Shown in pieces: positions 37,710 to 48,989 of a stretch of DNA of 64,000 nucleotides. Position numbers and translations under genes: made by a program. Source of the stretch: an uncultured Christensenella sp. Its GTDB lineage: Bacteria; Bacillota; Clostridia; Christensenellales; Borkfalkiaceae. Every line of letters starts with the position of its first letter. The first letter of the stretch is position 1. Where the stretch lies: assembly GCA_964567885.1 (NCBI GenBank), contig CAZMOD010000001.1, forward strand, positions 13,900-77,899, read 5' to 3'. The notes below the pieces were generated by a model. That model was not told where the DNA came from and ran no database searches. It saw only the letters and a program-made list of their open reading frames with translations.

Positions 37710-38996
37710 ATGAACTACACCGTTGAAAATTTTGAAAAAAGTCAAATGAAGATTTCGGTTACCTTAGATAAGACCGATTGGGAAAAGGCAATAAGAACCG
37801 CTTACGACCAAAACAAAGGTAAATATTCCGTGCAAGGCTTTAGAAAAGGACACGTTCCTTTCAACGTAATTTGCGGCGTTTACGGTAAGGAAGCATTTTA
37901 CGAAGACGCGATTAACGTTGCCGTTTCCGAATATTATCCCCAAATTTTAGATAAGGAAGCCGAAAAGATTCATCCCGTAGGCGATCCTAACTTCTCTTTA
38001 GACAACGTATCCGAAGACGGTATCGCTTTTTCCGCTTTAGTACCCGTTATGCCTGAAGTAAAAATCGCTTCCTACAAGGGTATAAAAGTTGATAAGGTTG
38101 AGTATAATGTAAGCGACGCCGATTTGGACGAAGATATCAAACGTTTAGTTGAAAGAAACGCTAAAGAAGTTTCCGTTACCGACAGACCTTGCCAAAACGG
38201 CGATATCGTAGTTATCGATTACAGCGGCTCTATCGACGGCGTTAAGTTTGACGGCGGCACCGCTGAAAAGCAACGCTTAGAACTCGGTTCGGGTTCTTTC
38301 ATTCCCGGTTTTGAAGATCAAGTAGTAGGTATGTCCATCGGTGAAGATAAAGATATCAACGTTACTTTCCCCGAAGACTACACCGCGCCTTTGAACGGCA
38401 AGGCGGCTGTATTCGCTATTCATTTACACGAAGTTTTAGCAAAAGAACTTCCCGAAGTTACCGATGCGTTTATTAAAGACGCAACTGGCGAAGAAACGGT
38501 TGACGCTTACAAAGCGAAAACTCGTGAACGCCTACAAAAGGACAACGACAAACGTGCTCAAAACGAAAACGAAGATAACCTTTTAACCAAGATTGCCGAG
38601 GGCACCGAAGTTGAAATTCCCGATTGCATGGTAGACCAACAAGTAACCTCTATGGTACAAGAATTCCAATACAGATTAATGTATCAAGGACTTAAATACG
38701 AAGATTACTTAAAGGTAACCAATCAAACCGACGCGTCTATAAGAGATTCTTACAAAGAAATCGCTTTAGAAAGAGTTAAAAAACAACTTATCGTTACTAA
38801 GATTATCGAAGACGAAAAGATTGAGGCTACCGACGAAGAAATCGATGCAAAAATCGGCGAACAAGCCAAATCCTTAGGTAAAGAAACCGAAGAGTATAAA
38901 AAGACTATGGATCCGAGACAAGTTGATTATATCAAGAACTCCATCGTCATCGACAAACTTTTCGCTTTTTTAACCGAAAATAACGAAATTTGCTAA
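37710..38996 (+). CDS. tig: Trigger factor
   Basis: 428 aa. GFRKGHVP ribosome-binding motif and FKBP-type PPIase core (GDIVVIDYSGSIDGVKFDGG). Confidence 0.96.
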   Translation: MNYTVENFEKSQMKISVTLDKTDWEKAIRTAYDQNKGKYSVQGFRKGHVPFNVICGVYGKEAFYEDAINVAVSEYYPQILDKEAEKIHPVGDPNFSLDNVSEDGIAFSALVPVMPEVKIASYKGIKVDKVEYNVSDADLDEDIKRLVERNAKEVSVTDRPCQNGDIVVIDYSGSIDGVKFDGGTAEKQRLELGSGSFIPGFEDQVVGMSIGEDKDINVTFPEDYTAPLNGKAAVFAIHLHEVLAKELPEVTDAFIKDATGEETVDAYKAKTRERLQKDNDKRAQNENEDNLLTKIAEGTEVEIPDCMVDQQVTSMVQEFQYRLMYQGLKYEDYLKVTNQTDASIRDSYKEIALERVKKQLIVTKIIEDEKIEATDEEIDAKIGEQAKSLGKETEEYKKTMDPRQVDYIKNSIVIDKLFAFLTENNEIC

Positions 38997-39020
38997 TTGT
39001 TAATTAAAGGTAGGTAAAAA

Positions 39021-39608
39021 ATGGCACTTATTCCTTACGTAGTACAAGATACGGGAAAAGGCGAACGCTCTTACGATATATATTCAAGACTTTTAGAGGA
39101 TAGAATTATCTTTTTATCCGGTGAGATTGACGACGCGACCGCAAACACCATCGTCGCGCAACTTATATATCTCGAATCTGATAACCCCTCTAAACCGATT
39201 AGTATGTACATCAACAGTCCCGGCGGAAGCGTTTCCGCGGGGCTTGCGATTTACGATACGATGAAGTATATAAGATGCGAAGTTTCCACCATTTGTATCG
39301 GTATGGCTGCAAGTATGGCAGCGGTTTTGTTATCGAGCGGAACGAAGGGCAAAAGATATTGCCTTAAAAACAGCGAAGTCATGATTCACCAACCCTTAGG
39401 CGGTATGCAAGGTCAGGCAAGCGACATTAAAATTCAAGCCGAACATATCTTAATGCTCAAAAACAAACTAAACGGCATTTTAGCCGAAAATACGGGCAAG
39501 TCCGTTTCCACTATCGAACGCGACACGGACCGGGATAACTATTTATCCGCGGAAGACGCTTTGGAATACGGCTTAATAGATAAAATTTTTTCAAGTAGAA
39601 CCTTTTAA
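39021..39608 (+). CDS. clpP: ATP-dependent Clp protease proteolytic subunit
   Basis: 195 aa. [15 protein letters not shown], catalytic GMAASMAA and IHQPLGG. Confidence 0.97.
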   Translation: MALIPYVVQDTGKGERSYDIYSRLLEDRIIFLSGEIDDATANTIVAQLIYLESDNPSKPISMYINSPGGSVSAGLAIYDTMKYIRCEVSTICIGMAASMAAVLLSSGTKGKRYCLKNSEVMIHQPLGGMQGQASDIKIQAEHILMLKNKLNGILAENTGKSVSTIERDTDRDNYLSAEDALEYGLIDKIFSSRTF

Positions 39609-39619
39609 TCGGAGGCACG

Positions 39620-40867
39620 ATGAACAATAACGTTTTTAGCGATAACTCTTGCTCTTTTTGCGGTAAACCTAAAGAACAAGTAAAAGCGCTGGTTGCGGGA
39701 CCTAACGGTCTTCATATTTGCGACGAATGTATTGCCATTTGTCAAGATATTTTGAAAGAAGATCAACAAAAACCCGATTTCAGCGCCGAACTTTTAAAAC
39801 CGCACGAGATCAAAGAGGAACTCGATAAATATATCATAGGACAGGATAAAGCCAAAAAAGTCCTTGCAGTTGCCGTTTACAATCATTATAAAAGGGTAAA
39901 TATGGTTTCAAAAACCAAAAAAACATCCAAAGATAAAGACGAAACGGAAATTGACAAAAGCAACGTCTTGCTTTTAGGGCAAACGGGCTGCGGAAAGACT
40001 TTACTCGCAAGCACTTTGGCTAAAATTCTAAAAGTACCTTTCGCCGTTGCCGATGCTACCACTTTGACGGAAGCCGGCTACGTGGGTGAGGACGTAGAAA
40101 ATATCCTTTTAAAACTTATTCAAAACGCCGATTACGATATTTCTCGCGCCGAAAAGGGGATAATTTACATCGACGAGATAGATAAAATAGCAAGAAAAGG
40201 AGAAAACGTTTCCATAACGAGAGACGTTTCCGGCGAAGGCGTTCAACAGTCGTTATTGAAAATAATTGAGAGCACCGTCGCAAGCGTTCCCCCTCAAGGA
40301 GGAAGAAAGCATCCCCAACAAGAACTTTTAAGGATAGATACGACCAATATTTTATTTATCCTCGGCGGCGCTTTCGTAGGTTTAGATAAAATAATCGCTA
40401 AAAGAAAGGAAAATTCCGGCATGGGCTTCGGTGCGGAAGTTACCGATAAAAACGCCGTTTCCGACGCTTATTTTAGCGAGGTTCAACCTCAAGACCTTAT
40501 TAAATTCGGGCTTATTCCCGAATTCGTCGGCAGAATCCCCATTACCGTCGCGTTGAATTCTTTAGACGAGGACGCCTTGGTCAAAATTATGACGGAGCCT
40601 AAAAATTCCATCGTAAAGCAATACAAAAAACTCTTGAGCGTCGATAAAGTCGAATTAGACGTAAAAGAGGACGCGTTAAAAGAAATCGCCCAAAAGGCAA
40701 TATCCCTTAAAACGGGTGCAAGAGGCATAAGAACCATTTTCGAAAACCTTATGCTCGACGTTATGTACGATATTCCTACCGACACTTCTATATCTAAAGT
40801 CGTAATCGATAAAGACGTAGTTAAAGGTTTGAAAAAACCCGATCTCGTTAAAAAGAAAATAGCGTAA
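39620..40867 (+). CDS. clpX: ATP-dependent Clp protease ATP-binding subunit ClpX
   Basis: 415 aa. Zn finger CSFCGK...CDEC, Walker [17 protein letters not shown]. Confidence 0.97.
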   Translation: MNNNVFSDNSCSFCGKPKEQVKALVAGPNGLHICDECIAICQDILKEDQQKPDFSAELLKPHEIKEELDKYIIGQDKAKKVLAVAVYNHYKRVNMVSKTKKTSKDKDETEIDKSNVLLLGQTGCGKTLLASTLAKILKVPFAVADATTLTEAGYVGEDVENILLKLIQNADYDISRAEKGIIYIDEIDKIARKGENVSITRDVSGEGVQQSLLKIIESTVASVPPQGGRKHPQQELLRIDTTNILFILGGAFVGLDKIIAKRKENSGMGFGAEVTDKNAVSDAYFSEVQPQDLIKFGLIPEFVGRIPITVALNSLDEDALVKIMTEPKNSIVKQYKKLLSVDKVELDVKEDALKEIAQKAISLKTGARGIRTIFENLMLDVMYDIPTDTSISKVVIDKDVVKGLKKPDLVKKKIA

Positions 40868-40888
40868 AACAATATAACCTTAATACTA

Positions 40889-40925
40889 AAACGCGTTCCG
40901 AAAGTTTTTCGGCGCGTTTTTTCTT
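40889..40925 (+). terminator. Rho-independent terminator after clpX
   Basis: Bulged stem AAACGCG(TT)CCGAAA / TTTCGGCGCGTTT followed by a T-tract. Confidence 0.7.
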
Positions 40926-41064
40926 TGATTTTCAGTATTTCCGCTTAAAAGTTTGTTAATTTTTTTCGTACGCAAGACTAAACGATTGTTTTTTACTTAA
41001 AAAAATGTTATTATATTAAATATACTTATATGATAAATTAATTGTCCTGGTTAATAGGTGTTTT

Positions 41065-42462
41065 ATGGAAAAAAGAATTACCGTTAAAGAACTTTACAAA
41101 AACTCTGCGGAATATTCCGGCAAAGAGATTTGCGTTATGGGTTGGGCGCGCACTATACGCGACTCTAAATCCTTCGGGTTTATCGAACTCAACGACGGAA
41201 GTTTTTTTAAGAATCTTCAAATCGTCGTAGAGCGTGCAAATTTGAGTAATTACGACGAAATCGTCAAGCAAAACGTCGGCGCATCCTTTATTATAAAAGG
41301 AATTTTGGTTCTTACGCCCGAGGCTAAACAGCCTTTCGAATTAAAAGCGACCTCTTGCAAGGTAGAAGGAACTTCTACCGCCGATTATCCTTTGCAAAAA
41401 AAGCGTCACTCGGTTGAGTATTTGCGTGAAATCGCGTATTTAAGACCGAGGACTAATATGTTCAGCGCCGTATTCAGAATCCGTAGCGAAGCGGCTTACG
41501 CAATTCATAAATTCTTTAACGAGCAAGGCTTCGTTTACGTGCATACTCCTATTATCACGGGAAGCGATTGCGAAGGCGCGGGCGAAATGTTCCAAGTAAC
41601 GACGCTCGACGTGAATAAGCCAAAACGCAACGACAAAGGCGAAATCGATTATAAAGAAGACTTTTTTGGACTTAAAGCCTCGCTTACAGTTTCGGGACAA
41701 TTAAACGCCGAAACCTACGCTTTGGCTTTCGGTAACGTTTACACCTTCGGCCCTACTTTCCGTGCGGAAAAGTCCAACACGGCACGCCACGCGGCGGAGT
41801 TTTGGATGATTGAACCCGAAATGGCTTTCGCCGACCTATCCGACGATATGGATATGGCGGAAAAGATGGTTAAGTATATAATTAACTACGTAATGAAGTC
41901 TTGCCCTGAAGAACTAGAATTTTTAAACAAATTCGTCGACAACGGACTTTTGGACAGATTAAACAACGTCGTTTCCAATGATTTCGTACGCCTATCCTAT
42001 ACGGAAGCAATTAAGATTTTGGAAAAACATAAAGATAAATTCGAATTCCCGGTTTTCTGGGGTTGTGATTTACAAAGCGAACACGAACGCTATTTAACCG
42101 AAGTCGTTTACAAAAAGCCGGTATTTTTAACCGATTATCCCAAGGAAATTAAAGCCTTTTATATGCGTTTGAACGACGACGGTAAAACCGTTGCTGCAAG
42201 CGATTTATTAGTTCCCGGAATCGGCGAACTCATAGGGGGCAGCCAACGCGAAGAAAGACTTGACGTTCTTCTTCAAAAAATGAAAGAGTGCAACCTTAAC
42301 GAAGAAGATTATTGGTGGTACTTAAATTTAAGAAAATACGGCGGGGTTACGCACTCCGGCTACGGATTAGGGTTTGAAAGGATGGTAATGTATTTAACGG
42401 GTATATCAAACATCCGCGACGTGCTTCCTTTCCCGCGTACCGTCGATAATTTGAACTATTAA
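41065..42462 (+). CDS. asnS: Asparagine--tRNA ligase
   Basis: 465 aa. [22 protein letters not shown]-terminus and class IIb motifs ([21 protein letters not shown]). AGGTG RBS. Confidence 0.93.
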   Translation: MEKRITVKELYKNSAEYSGKEICVMGWARTIRDSKSFGFIELNDGSFFKNLQIVVERANLSNYDEIVKQNVGASFIIKGILVLTPEAKQPFELKATSCKVEGTSTADYPLQKKRHSVEYLREIAYLRPRTNMFSAVFRIRSEAAYAIHKFFNEQGFVYVHTPIITGSDCEGAGEMFQVTTLDVNKPKRNDKGEIDYKEDFFGLKASLTVSGQLNAETYALAFGNVYTFGPTFRAEKSNTARHAAEFWMIEPEMAFADLSDDMDMAEKMVKYIINYVMKSCPEELEFLNKFVDNGLLDRLNNVVSNDFVRLSYTEAIKILEKHKDKFEFPVFWGCDLQSEHERYLTEVVYKKPVFLTDYPKEIKAFYMRLNDDGKTVAASDLLVPGIGELIGGSQREERLDVLLQKMKECNLNEEDYWWYLNLRKYGGVTHSGYGLGFERMVMYLTGISNIRDVLPFPRTVDNLNY

Positions 42463-42463
42463 A

Positions 42464-43162
42464 ATGAATTTCAATATTTCACTTTGCGAAAAAATAATAG
42501 GTTATTCCTTTAAAAACAAAGATATTTTAATAAACGCTTTTACTCACGCTTCTTATTCTAACGAGCATAAAAAACTAAAATCAAACGAAAGGTTGGAATT
42601 TTTAGGCGACTCCTTATTAGGATTTATAGTTTCCGAAGCTCTTTACGATAACTCTATAGACGACGAAGGAAAACTTACCCTTAAAAAGCAAGCGTTGGTT
42701 TCTAAGAAACCGTTGTCGAAATCGGTTATCGACGCGGGACTGAACGAGTTTTTGCTTTTAGGGGAAGGTGAAAAGTCTTCCTCTCAAAAAATTAATCTTG
42801 CGGAAAACCTATTTGAATCGATTGTCGCTGCAATTTATCTTGACGGCGGTATCGATAACGCAAAAAAATTCGTATTTAATTTTTTAGACGTAAACGCTTT
42901 ATCTACCGCGCCGATTGAACAAGAAAAATTATTCGATTACAAATCGAAACTTTTGCATATCGTTCAAAAAAAGCGTTTCGGCGAGGTGGTTTATTCCGAA
43001 ATAGCCAAAGACGGTCCACCACACAAACCGATTTTTACAATGGCGGTAAGCGTAGGTAACAGAATTTTGGCTAAAGGCAGAGGTTCTTCGCATAAAGCGG
43101 GAGAACAAGAAGCCGCTAAAGCGGCAATAGATATTTTACAAAGCGAGGATTCAACACTTTGA
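42464..43162 (+). CDS. rnc: Ribonuclease III
   Basis: 232 aa. Signature ERLEFLGDSLL and C-terminal dsRBD (GPPHKPIFTMAV). Confidence 0.95.
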   Translation: MNFNISLCEKIIGYSFKNKDILINAFTHASYSNEHKKLKSNERLEFLGDSLLGFIVSEALYDNSIDDEGKLTLKKQALVSKKPLSKSVIDAGLNEFLLLGEGEKSSSQKINLAENLFESIVAAIYLDGGIDNAKKFVFNFLDVNALSTAPIEQEKLFDYKSKLLHIVQKKRFGEVVYSEIAKDGPPHKPIFTMAVSVGNRILAKGRGSSHKAGEQEAAKAAIDILQSEDSTL

Positions 43163-46100
43163 ATTTCGAAAAAATTGAAATGACCGGGTTTAAGTCGTTT
43201 GCGGACAAGGTTGAGATAACTTTCGACAACGGCGTAACCGGTATAGTCGGGCCAAACGGTTGCGGCAAATCGAATATAGCCGACGCTATTCGCTGGGTAT
43301 TGGGTGAACAATCGGCAAAATCGTTACGCGGTTCAAGCATGACCGACGTAATCTTTAACGGTACGCAATCAAGAAAGTCGCTTTCGTATTGCGAGGTTTC
43401 TTTATACTTTGATAACTCCGAGCGTATTTTTAAAAGTTGCGATTATAACGAGGTTATTTTAACACGTAAACTTTTCAGAAGCGGTGAAAGCGAGTACTAC
43501 GTAAACAAGCAACCCTCTTTATTAAGGGAAATCGTAAGATTGCTTCACGAGTGCGGCGTTTCTAAAAACGGTTATACCATTATCGGACAAGGCAAAACGG
43601 CGGAAATTTTAAATTCCAAACCCGAAGACAGAAGGGTTATTTTCGAAGAAGCGATTGGTATAGCCCAAGCAAAGGCTAAAAAGTTAGAAACGGAAAGAAA
43701 ACTTGAAAGAGTACACGATAACTTGCAAAGAATTTGCGACGTTACTCAAATACACGAAAAGAACCTCGAACCTTTAGCGCGCGCCGCTCAAAAGACGAGG
43801 CAGTTTCGCGAATATTCCGAAAAACTAAAATATCACGAAATCAACAACTACTTATATAAATACGACAATGCAAGCGAGATTATAAGTCGTATCAATACGC
43901 GTATTCAAGGTTTGGAAGAAGAATTCGCGCTAAGAACGCGTGAGTTAGCCGAAACCAATAAATTATACGCCGCGCATACCGAAGAAAGGTCTAATTCCGA
44001 CGAAAAGATTAGGGCGTTAAACGAAAAAATCTTAGAACTTTCCGTAACCGAGACGAAATTATCGGGTGACACCCAAATTTATACAGAAAGAATTTCTTAT
44101 TTTAAATCGGAAATTAAGCGTTTACAGGAAGAAATCGATAATAAAACCGAAGGCGTTGAATTAACACGAAAAGCCGTAAACGCAAAAAAGGATTCTTTAA
44201 AGGAATTTAACGAGGAAAGAGCCTTTTTGTCGGGTAAATTGAAAGAATTGGAAGGTGAACTTTCAAGCGTCATGGCTGCTATAGCAAGCGACGAAAACGC
44301 AACTTATTTAGCGCAAAGTGCAATGCTTAAGGCCGCCGAAAACTTAGCCGACGTTAGCAAAAACATCGGTTCTTTGGACAAAGAAAAATCTTTCGTTTCC
44401 GATAAACAAAAAGAGATTATCGAAAAAGTAAGTCTGTTAAGCGAAGCACGTAAAGGTTTAGAAGCGGAAAAAGCACGAATTTTAAAAGAAATTTCCGATA
44501 ATGAAACTTTACAACGCAATTTAACGGATAAAATTGCCCGACTTGAAAAAGAGATTTCGGACGGCAATAACAAAACCGCGGAACTTGCCAATCGCATATA
44601 CAAATTAAATATGGAAATATCTTCGTTAGAAACTAACAAGAAGATATATTCCAACTTAAAAGACAGTTTCGACGGTTATCCGACTTCCGTTAAGCGCCTA
44701 ATGCTTACGGCAAAGGAAAACGCCAAAATTAACTCTAAAATCAAAGGCGTAGTCGCAAGTATAATTAAAACCGACAAAAAATACGAAATAGCAATCGAAA
44801 CTGCTTTAGGAAACGCCGTTCAAAACGTAGTTACCGCTACGCCAGAGGACGCGCAATACCTTATCGAATACTTAAAACGCAGTGAAGGCGGCAGGGTAAC
44901 CTTCTTACCCGTTACTTCTGTTAGACCGCATTTAGACGGTGCCGAAATTACCGCGGCGTTATCCGAAAAAGGCGCTTTAGGTTTAGCCACTAAATTAGTT
45001 TCTTACGACCAATATTACGATAACGTAATAAGGTATTTGCTCGGTAACACTTTAGTCGTTGACAATATCGAAAACGCCGTTATTATTGCTAAAAAACGTA
45101 GATTTTCCTTTAAAATCGTAACTTTAGACGGCGACGTAATTAACCCGTCCGGTTCGATGACGGGCGGCTCTAGACGGCAAAATCAAATGAATTTATTGTC
45201 TTCGGAAAGAATGATAGAAAAACTTACCGAAGATATCGCGGCCAAAACCAAAGATTTAGAAAAACTTACCGAAGATAAAGACCGTTTAACCGCCGCTTGC
45301 AACGATAACGTCGATAAATTGGACGCAAGTAACGAAGAATTACAGTCTTTAAAACAAAAATACTCCGCGTTAAAAGTTTCGCTCACGAGTTATCAAGGCT
45401 TAATTGATTCCAACGACACCGAACTTATCGGGTATAACGCCGAAATTCAAGCGGTAACTAAACGATTAGAACAAATTAGCCAAGAATTCCTACATATAGA
45501 AGAAGGTAACAAACAACTCGTAGAGGAAAAAGAATCGGCTTCGAGCGACGCATTAAAACGCCAATCGGAAAACGAGCAACGAAAAGCAAGGCGCGACGAG
45601 ATTTTAAAAGCAATTTCCGATTCCAACTCTCGCGATTCCGCTTTAGAAGCCGAAATTAGAAGCGCTAATTCGGAAATTGAAAGATTAGAAGGCACGTTAA
45701 ACGACGATTTAAGCGTTATCGATAGAGATAAACAAATGATTCAAACGGATAACGACCTTATCGATCAATTCTACGTCGAAATCAATAAAATCGCCGCGCG
45801 CGCGGAAGAAACTTCCGGTATAAAAGAACTTCGCGAAAAACTTGACGCCGAAGAATCAAGACGTACCGACCTTGACGAAATGTTGAAGCAAGACGATTTG
45901 AAAAAAGATTTGCTCAACTCCGAGATTAATAAAATATCCGAGAAAAAACATAACGAGGAATTAGAAATTTCCAAAGTCGACGGCGAACTCGAATATATGC
46001 GTAAACGGGTAGAGGAAGAGTATCACGAAACTTACGAAACTTGTTGTTCCTTAAAAGATCCCGAGTACGATATTGCGACTTCCAACGAAGAAATCGCCGA

Positions 46101-46746
46101 ATTAAAGCGTAAAATATCAAGACTCGGCGGCATTAACGCCAACGCTATTGAAGAATACGAGCAATTAAGTCAAGAATACAGGGAACTCATCGACCAAAAA
46201 GAGGACTTGGAAAAAGGACAAGCCGACTTAAAAGAGGCTTTGAAAGCAATTCGCGACGAAATGCTTACCGAGTTTAATAAAGGTTTCGAAGAAATTAGAA
46301 AACACTTCCAACAAATTTTCAAAGAACTTTTCGGCGGTGGCAGAGCCGACTTATTGTTAGACTATACCGACGTGGACGATCCTTTAAACGCGGGTGTCGA
46401 AATCGTTGCGGAACCACCCGGAAAGAAGTTACAAAAGATATCGTTATTATCGGGCGGCGAAATGGCGCTTACCGCAATCGCGATACTTTTCGCGATACTA
46501 AAACTTCGTCCGATGCCTTTCTGCGTTCTCGACGAAATCGAAGCGCCGCTTGACGACGCCAACGTAGAAAGATTTGCAAGATATCTTAAAAAGTTTTCCA
46601 ACGAAACTCAATTTATCGTTATAACCCACAAAAAGGTTACGATGGAATTAGCCGACGCTTTGTTCGGCGTTACGATGCAAGAAAAAGGCGTATCTAAAAT
46701 CGTATCCGTAAAACTTAGCGATATCAATGAAACTATGACCGACTAA
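43159..46746 (+). CDS. smc: Chromosome partition protein Smc
   Basis: 1195 aa. GPNGCGKSN Walker A, long coiled coils, hinge, C-terminal LSGGE...LDEIEAPLD. TTG start overlaps the rnc stop. Confidence 0.96.
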   Translation: MNFEKIEMTGFKSFADKVEITFDNGVTGIVGPNGCGKSNIADAIRWVLGEQSAKSLRGSSMTDVIFNGTQSRKSLSYCEVSLYFDNSERIFKSCDYNEVILTRKLFRSGESEYYVNKQPSLLREIVRLLHECGVSKNGYTIIGQGKTAEILNSKPEDRRVIFEEAIGIAQAKAKKLETERKLERVHDNLQRICDVTQIHEKNLEPLARAAQKTRQFREYSEKLKYHEINNYLYKYDNASEIISRINTRIQGLEEEFALRTRELAETNKLYAAHTEERSNSDEKIRALNEKILELSVTETKLSGDTQIYTERISYFKSEIKRLQEEIDNKTEGVELTRKAVNAKKDSLKEFNEERAFLSGKLKELEGELSSVMAAIASDENATYLAQSAMLKAAENLADVSKNIGSLDKEKSFVSDKQKEIIEKVSLLSEARKGLEAEKARILKEISDNETLQRNLTDKIARLEKEISDGNNKTAELANRIYKLNMEISSLETNKKIYSNLKDSFDGYPTSVKRLMLTAKENAKINSKIKGVVASIIKTDKKYEIAIETALGNAVQNVVTATPEDAQYLIEYLKRSEGGRVTFLPVTSVRPHLDGAEITAALSEKGALGLATKLVSYDQYYDNVIRYLLGNTLVVDNIENAVIIAKKRRFSFKIVTLDGDVINPSGSMTGGSRRQNQMNLLSSERMIEKLTEDIAAKTKDLEKLTEDKDRLTAACNDNVDKLDASNEELQSLKQKYSALKVSLTSYQGLIDSNDTELIGYNAEIQAVTKRLEQISQEFLHIEEGNKQLVEEKESASSDALKRQSENEQRKARRDEILKAISDSNSRDSALEAEIRSANSEIERLEGTLNDDLSVIDRDKQMIQTDNDLIDQFYVEINKIAARAEETSGIKELREKLDAEESRRTDLDEMLKQDDLKKDLLNSEINKISEKKHNEELEISKVDGELEYMRKRVEEEYHETYETCCSLKDPEYDIATSNEEIAELKRKISRLGGINANAIEEYEQLSQEYRELIDQKEDLEKGQADLKEALKAIRDEMLTEFNKGFEEIRKHFQQIFKELFGGGRADLLLDYTDVDDPLNAGVEIVAEPPGKKLQKISLLSGGEMALTAIAILFAILKLRPMPFCVLDEIEAPLDDANVERFARYLKKFSNETQFIVITHKKVTMELADALFGVTMQEKGVSKIVSVKLSDINETMTD

Positions 46747-46754
46747 GGAGCATT

Positions 46755-47651
46755 ATGGGATTTTTTTCTAAAATAAAAGAATCGTTAAAAAAGACAAAAT
46801 CGGCGATACAATCAAAGATTTCACAACTTTTTACGAGGGACAAAATCGGAGACGAGTTCTACGACGATTTATTAGACGTTTTAATCTCGTCGGATATTTC
46901 GGTGCAAACTTCAGAAAAAATCGTCGACGATTTGCACGAAAAAATGAAGCGAGAAAAGGTTTCCGACAAAGAAGTCGTTTTGTCGTCGCTTCGTCAAGTT
47001 ATCGTCGATACTTTAAACGAAGCCGAACCTTTGGATATTGAATTTCCCGCAGTCGTTATGGTCATTGGCGTTAACGGGGTAGGTAAAACAACTTCAATCG
47101 GCAAACTTGCAAACCTCTACGTAAAATCAGGTAAATCGGTTACGATAGCCGCGGCGGATACTTTCCGTGCTGCCGCTACCGAGCAGCTTGACGTATGGGC
47201 TGACCGCGCAAAGGTAAGAATAATAAAGCAAGGCGAAGGAAGCGATCCTTCCGCCGTCGTTTTCGACGCTCTATCGTCCGTTAAATCCAAAAAAACCGAC
47301 CTACTTATAATCGACACGGCGGGAAGACTTCACGTCAAATCCAACCTTATGGAAGAACTTAAAAAGATGTCGAGAGTCGTTGAAAAAGAATACCCCGAAG
47401 CAAACTTTTATAAACTTATCGTTTTAGATTCGACTACGGGGCAAAATTCATTTTCGCAAGTGGAACTTTTCAACGAAGCGGTCGGTATCGACGGCATAAT
47501 TTTGACCAAACTCGACGGCTCGGCAAAAGGCGGTTTCATACTTTCCCTTGCCGACGAATTGTCAGTCCCCGTCGCTTACGTCGGCGTTGGCGAAAAAATC
47601 GACGATATAGAGCAATTTAACGCCGAAGAGTTTGCGGAAGGCCTGATATAA
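46755..47651 (+). CDS. ftsY: Signal recognition particle receptor FtsY
   Basis: 298 aa. NG domain GVNGVGKTTSIGKLA, DTAGR, TKLDG. Confidence 0.95.
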   Translation: MGFFSKIKESLKKTKSAIQSKISQLFTRDKIGDEFYDDLLDVLISSDISVQTSEKIVDDLHEKMKREKVSDKEVVLSSLRQVIVDTLNEAEPLDIEFPAVVMVIGVNGVGKTTSIGKLANLYVKSGKSVTIAAADTFRAAATEQLDVWADRAKVRIIKQGEGSDPSAVVFDALSSVKSKKTDLLIIDTAGRLHVKSNLMEELKKMSRVVEKEYPEANFYKLIVLDSTTGQNSFSQVELFNEAVGIDGIILTKLDGSAKGGFILSLADELSVPVAYVGVGEKIDDIEQFNAEEFAEGLI

Positions 47652-47693
47652 TACGTTTTTCTATCCTTAAAATAACGCTAAAAAGGAGGGGTT

Positions 47694-48989
47694 ATGAGTT
47701 TATTTTCTAAAAAGAAACCAAATTGGTATTCTTTAGATAACGCCGCGAAGATTTATCCGCCGACGGCAAACGCGCAAAGACCGCACGTTTTTTGCTTTTC
47801 TGCGCTTTTAAACGACGAAATTCGTTCGGACGTGTTGCAAAACGCGGTTACCAACGTTTTAAACCATTATCCTACCTTTAAAACGTCGTTAAAAAGAGGT
47901 GCTTTTTGGTTTTATTTGGAAGAAAACAAAAAACCGATAAAGGTTTTTGAAGAGCCGCCTTATTACCTTAAACAAATAAATTACAAAGAAAACAACAACT
48001 ACTTGTTTCAAGTATACTATATAAGAAACAAAATCACGATAAAATTTTTCCACGCTTTGACCGACGGTGCCGGCGGATTTAAGTTCTTCTCGGAAGTTTT
48101 GGTCGAGTATTTATCCTTATCTGGTATATCGATTGATTTAGAGGAAAAAATAAAACCCATTGCGGAACCCTCTAATTTATTAAGCGAGGACGACAGTTTT
48201 ATCACTTACGAAAACGTAAACACCCAAAAAGCCCAAGATCCGCCGAGACCGTACGCGATTAAGGGGACTCCGTTTGAATACGACGGCTCGGGTATGATTA
48301 CCGCCGAATTTAATATCGACGACGTTAAAAAATTGTCTAAAGAGTGCGGAGTTTCGATAACTTCGTACCTTGCGGCTGTTTATTCTTATTCCGTTTATCA
48401 AGCTTTTTTAAAAGACAAACCGCACGGCAACAAATTGGTAACCGTTTTGGTACCTTGTAACCTACGTAAAACTTACGGCGGCGAAACCATGCGAAATTTC
48501 AGTATGTTCGCGCGCTTTTTAAACGATTGGAATAAGTCTAAACTTTCGGTAGAGGATTTAGCAAAACTCGCGCAAGAACAAATTTTACAAGGCACGACGA
48601 AGGAAAAATTAGACCAACTAATACACGATAACGTAAAAAGCGAAAAGAATTTTTTCATAAAAATTTGTCCGCTCGTATTAAAAAATTTAATTTTGCGTTT
48701 AGTATACGTTAAAGTGGGTGAAAATTTACAAACGGTTGATATGTCCAATTTGGGGCTTGCAAATCTTCCTAAGGACGTTGAAAACTACGTTAGCAAAATA
48801 ACCTTTGCAATCGCGCCTACGTTTTCTTGCGGTCATCAAACGGGTATAATAGGGTATAAAGGCAAACTTTTCGTTACGTTTTCAAGAAACTACGTAGAAA
48901 CGACGTTGGAAAAATATTTTATCCGCCATTTCACCGATTTAGGCGTTGACGTCAAAGTTTCAAGCAATTTTTGGGAGAGTAAGTTATGA
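47694..48989 (+). CDS. HxxxDG-motif acyltransferase (condensation / alcohol-acetyltransferase / WS-DGAT-like superfamily), substrate unknown
   Basis: 431 aa. FHALTDGAGG at about residues 119-128 is the HxxxDG catalytic motif. N-terminal WYSLDNAAKIYPP. AGGAGGGG RBS 42 nt after ftsY with no intervening terminator. Confidence 0.7.
   Translation: MSLFSKKKPNWYSLDNAAKIYPPTANAQRPHVFCFSALLNDEIRSDVLQNAVTNVLNHYPTFKTSLKRGAFWFYLEENKKPIKVFEEPPYYLKQINYKENNNYLFQVYYIRNKITIKFFHALTDGAGGFKFFSEVLVEYLSLSGISIDLEEKIKPIAEPSNLLSEDDSFITYENVNTQKAQDPPRPYAIKGTPFEYDGSGMITAEFNIDDVKKLSKECGVSITSYLAAVYSYSVYQAFLKDKPHGNKLVTVLVPCNLRKTYGGETMRNFSMFARFLNDWNKSKLSVEDLAKLAQEQILQGTTKEKLDQLIHDNVKSEKNFFIKICPLVLKNLILRLVYVKVGENLQTVDMSNLGLANLPKDVENYVSKITFAIAPTFSCGHQTGIIGYKGKLFVTFSRNYVETTLEKYFIRHFTDLGVDVKVSSNFWESKL

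Noticed and set aside
40489-40872. 127-aa ORF antisense to the clpX 3' end
   Set aside because: It lies fully within the conserved clpX coding sequence, and its composition is typical of antisense frames.
40926-41064. Riboswitch or T-box in the asnS leader, and small structured RNAs in the other larger spacers (30422..30647, 62516..62714)
   Set aside because: The spacers are fully accounted for by terminators, divergent promoters and RBSs. I saw no conserved riboswitch cores or long nested helices.
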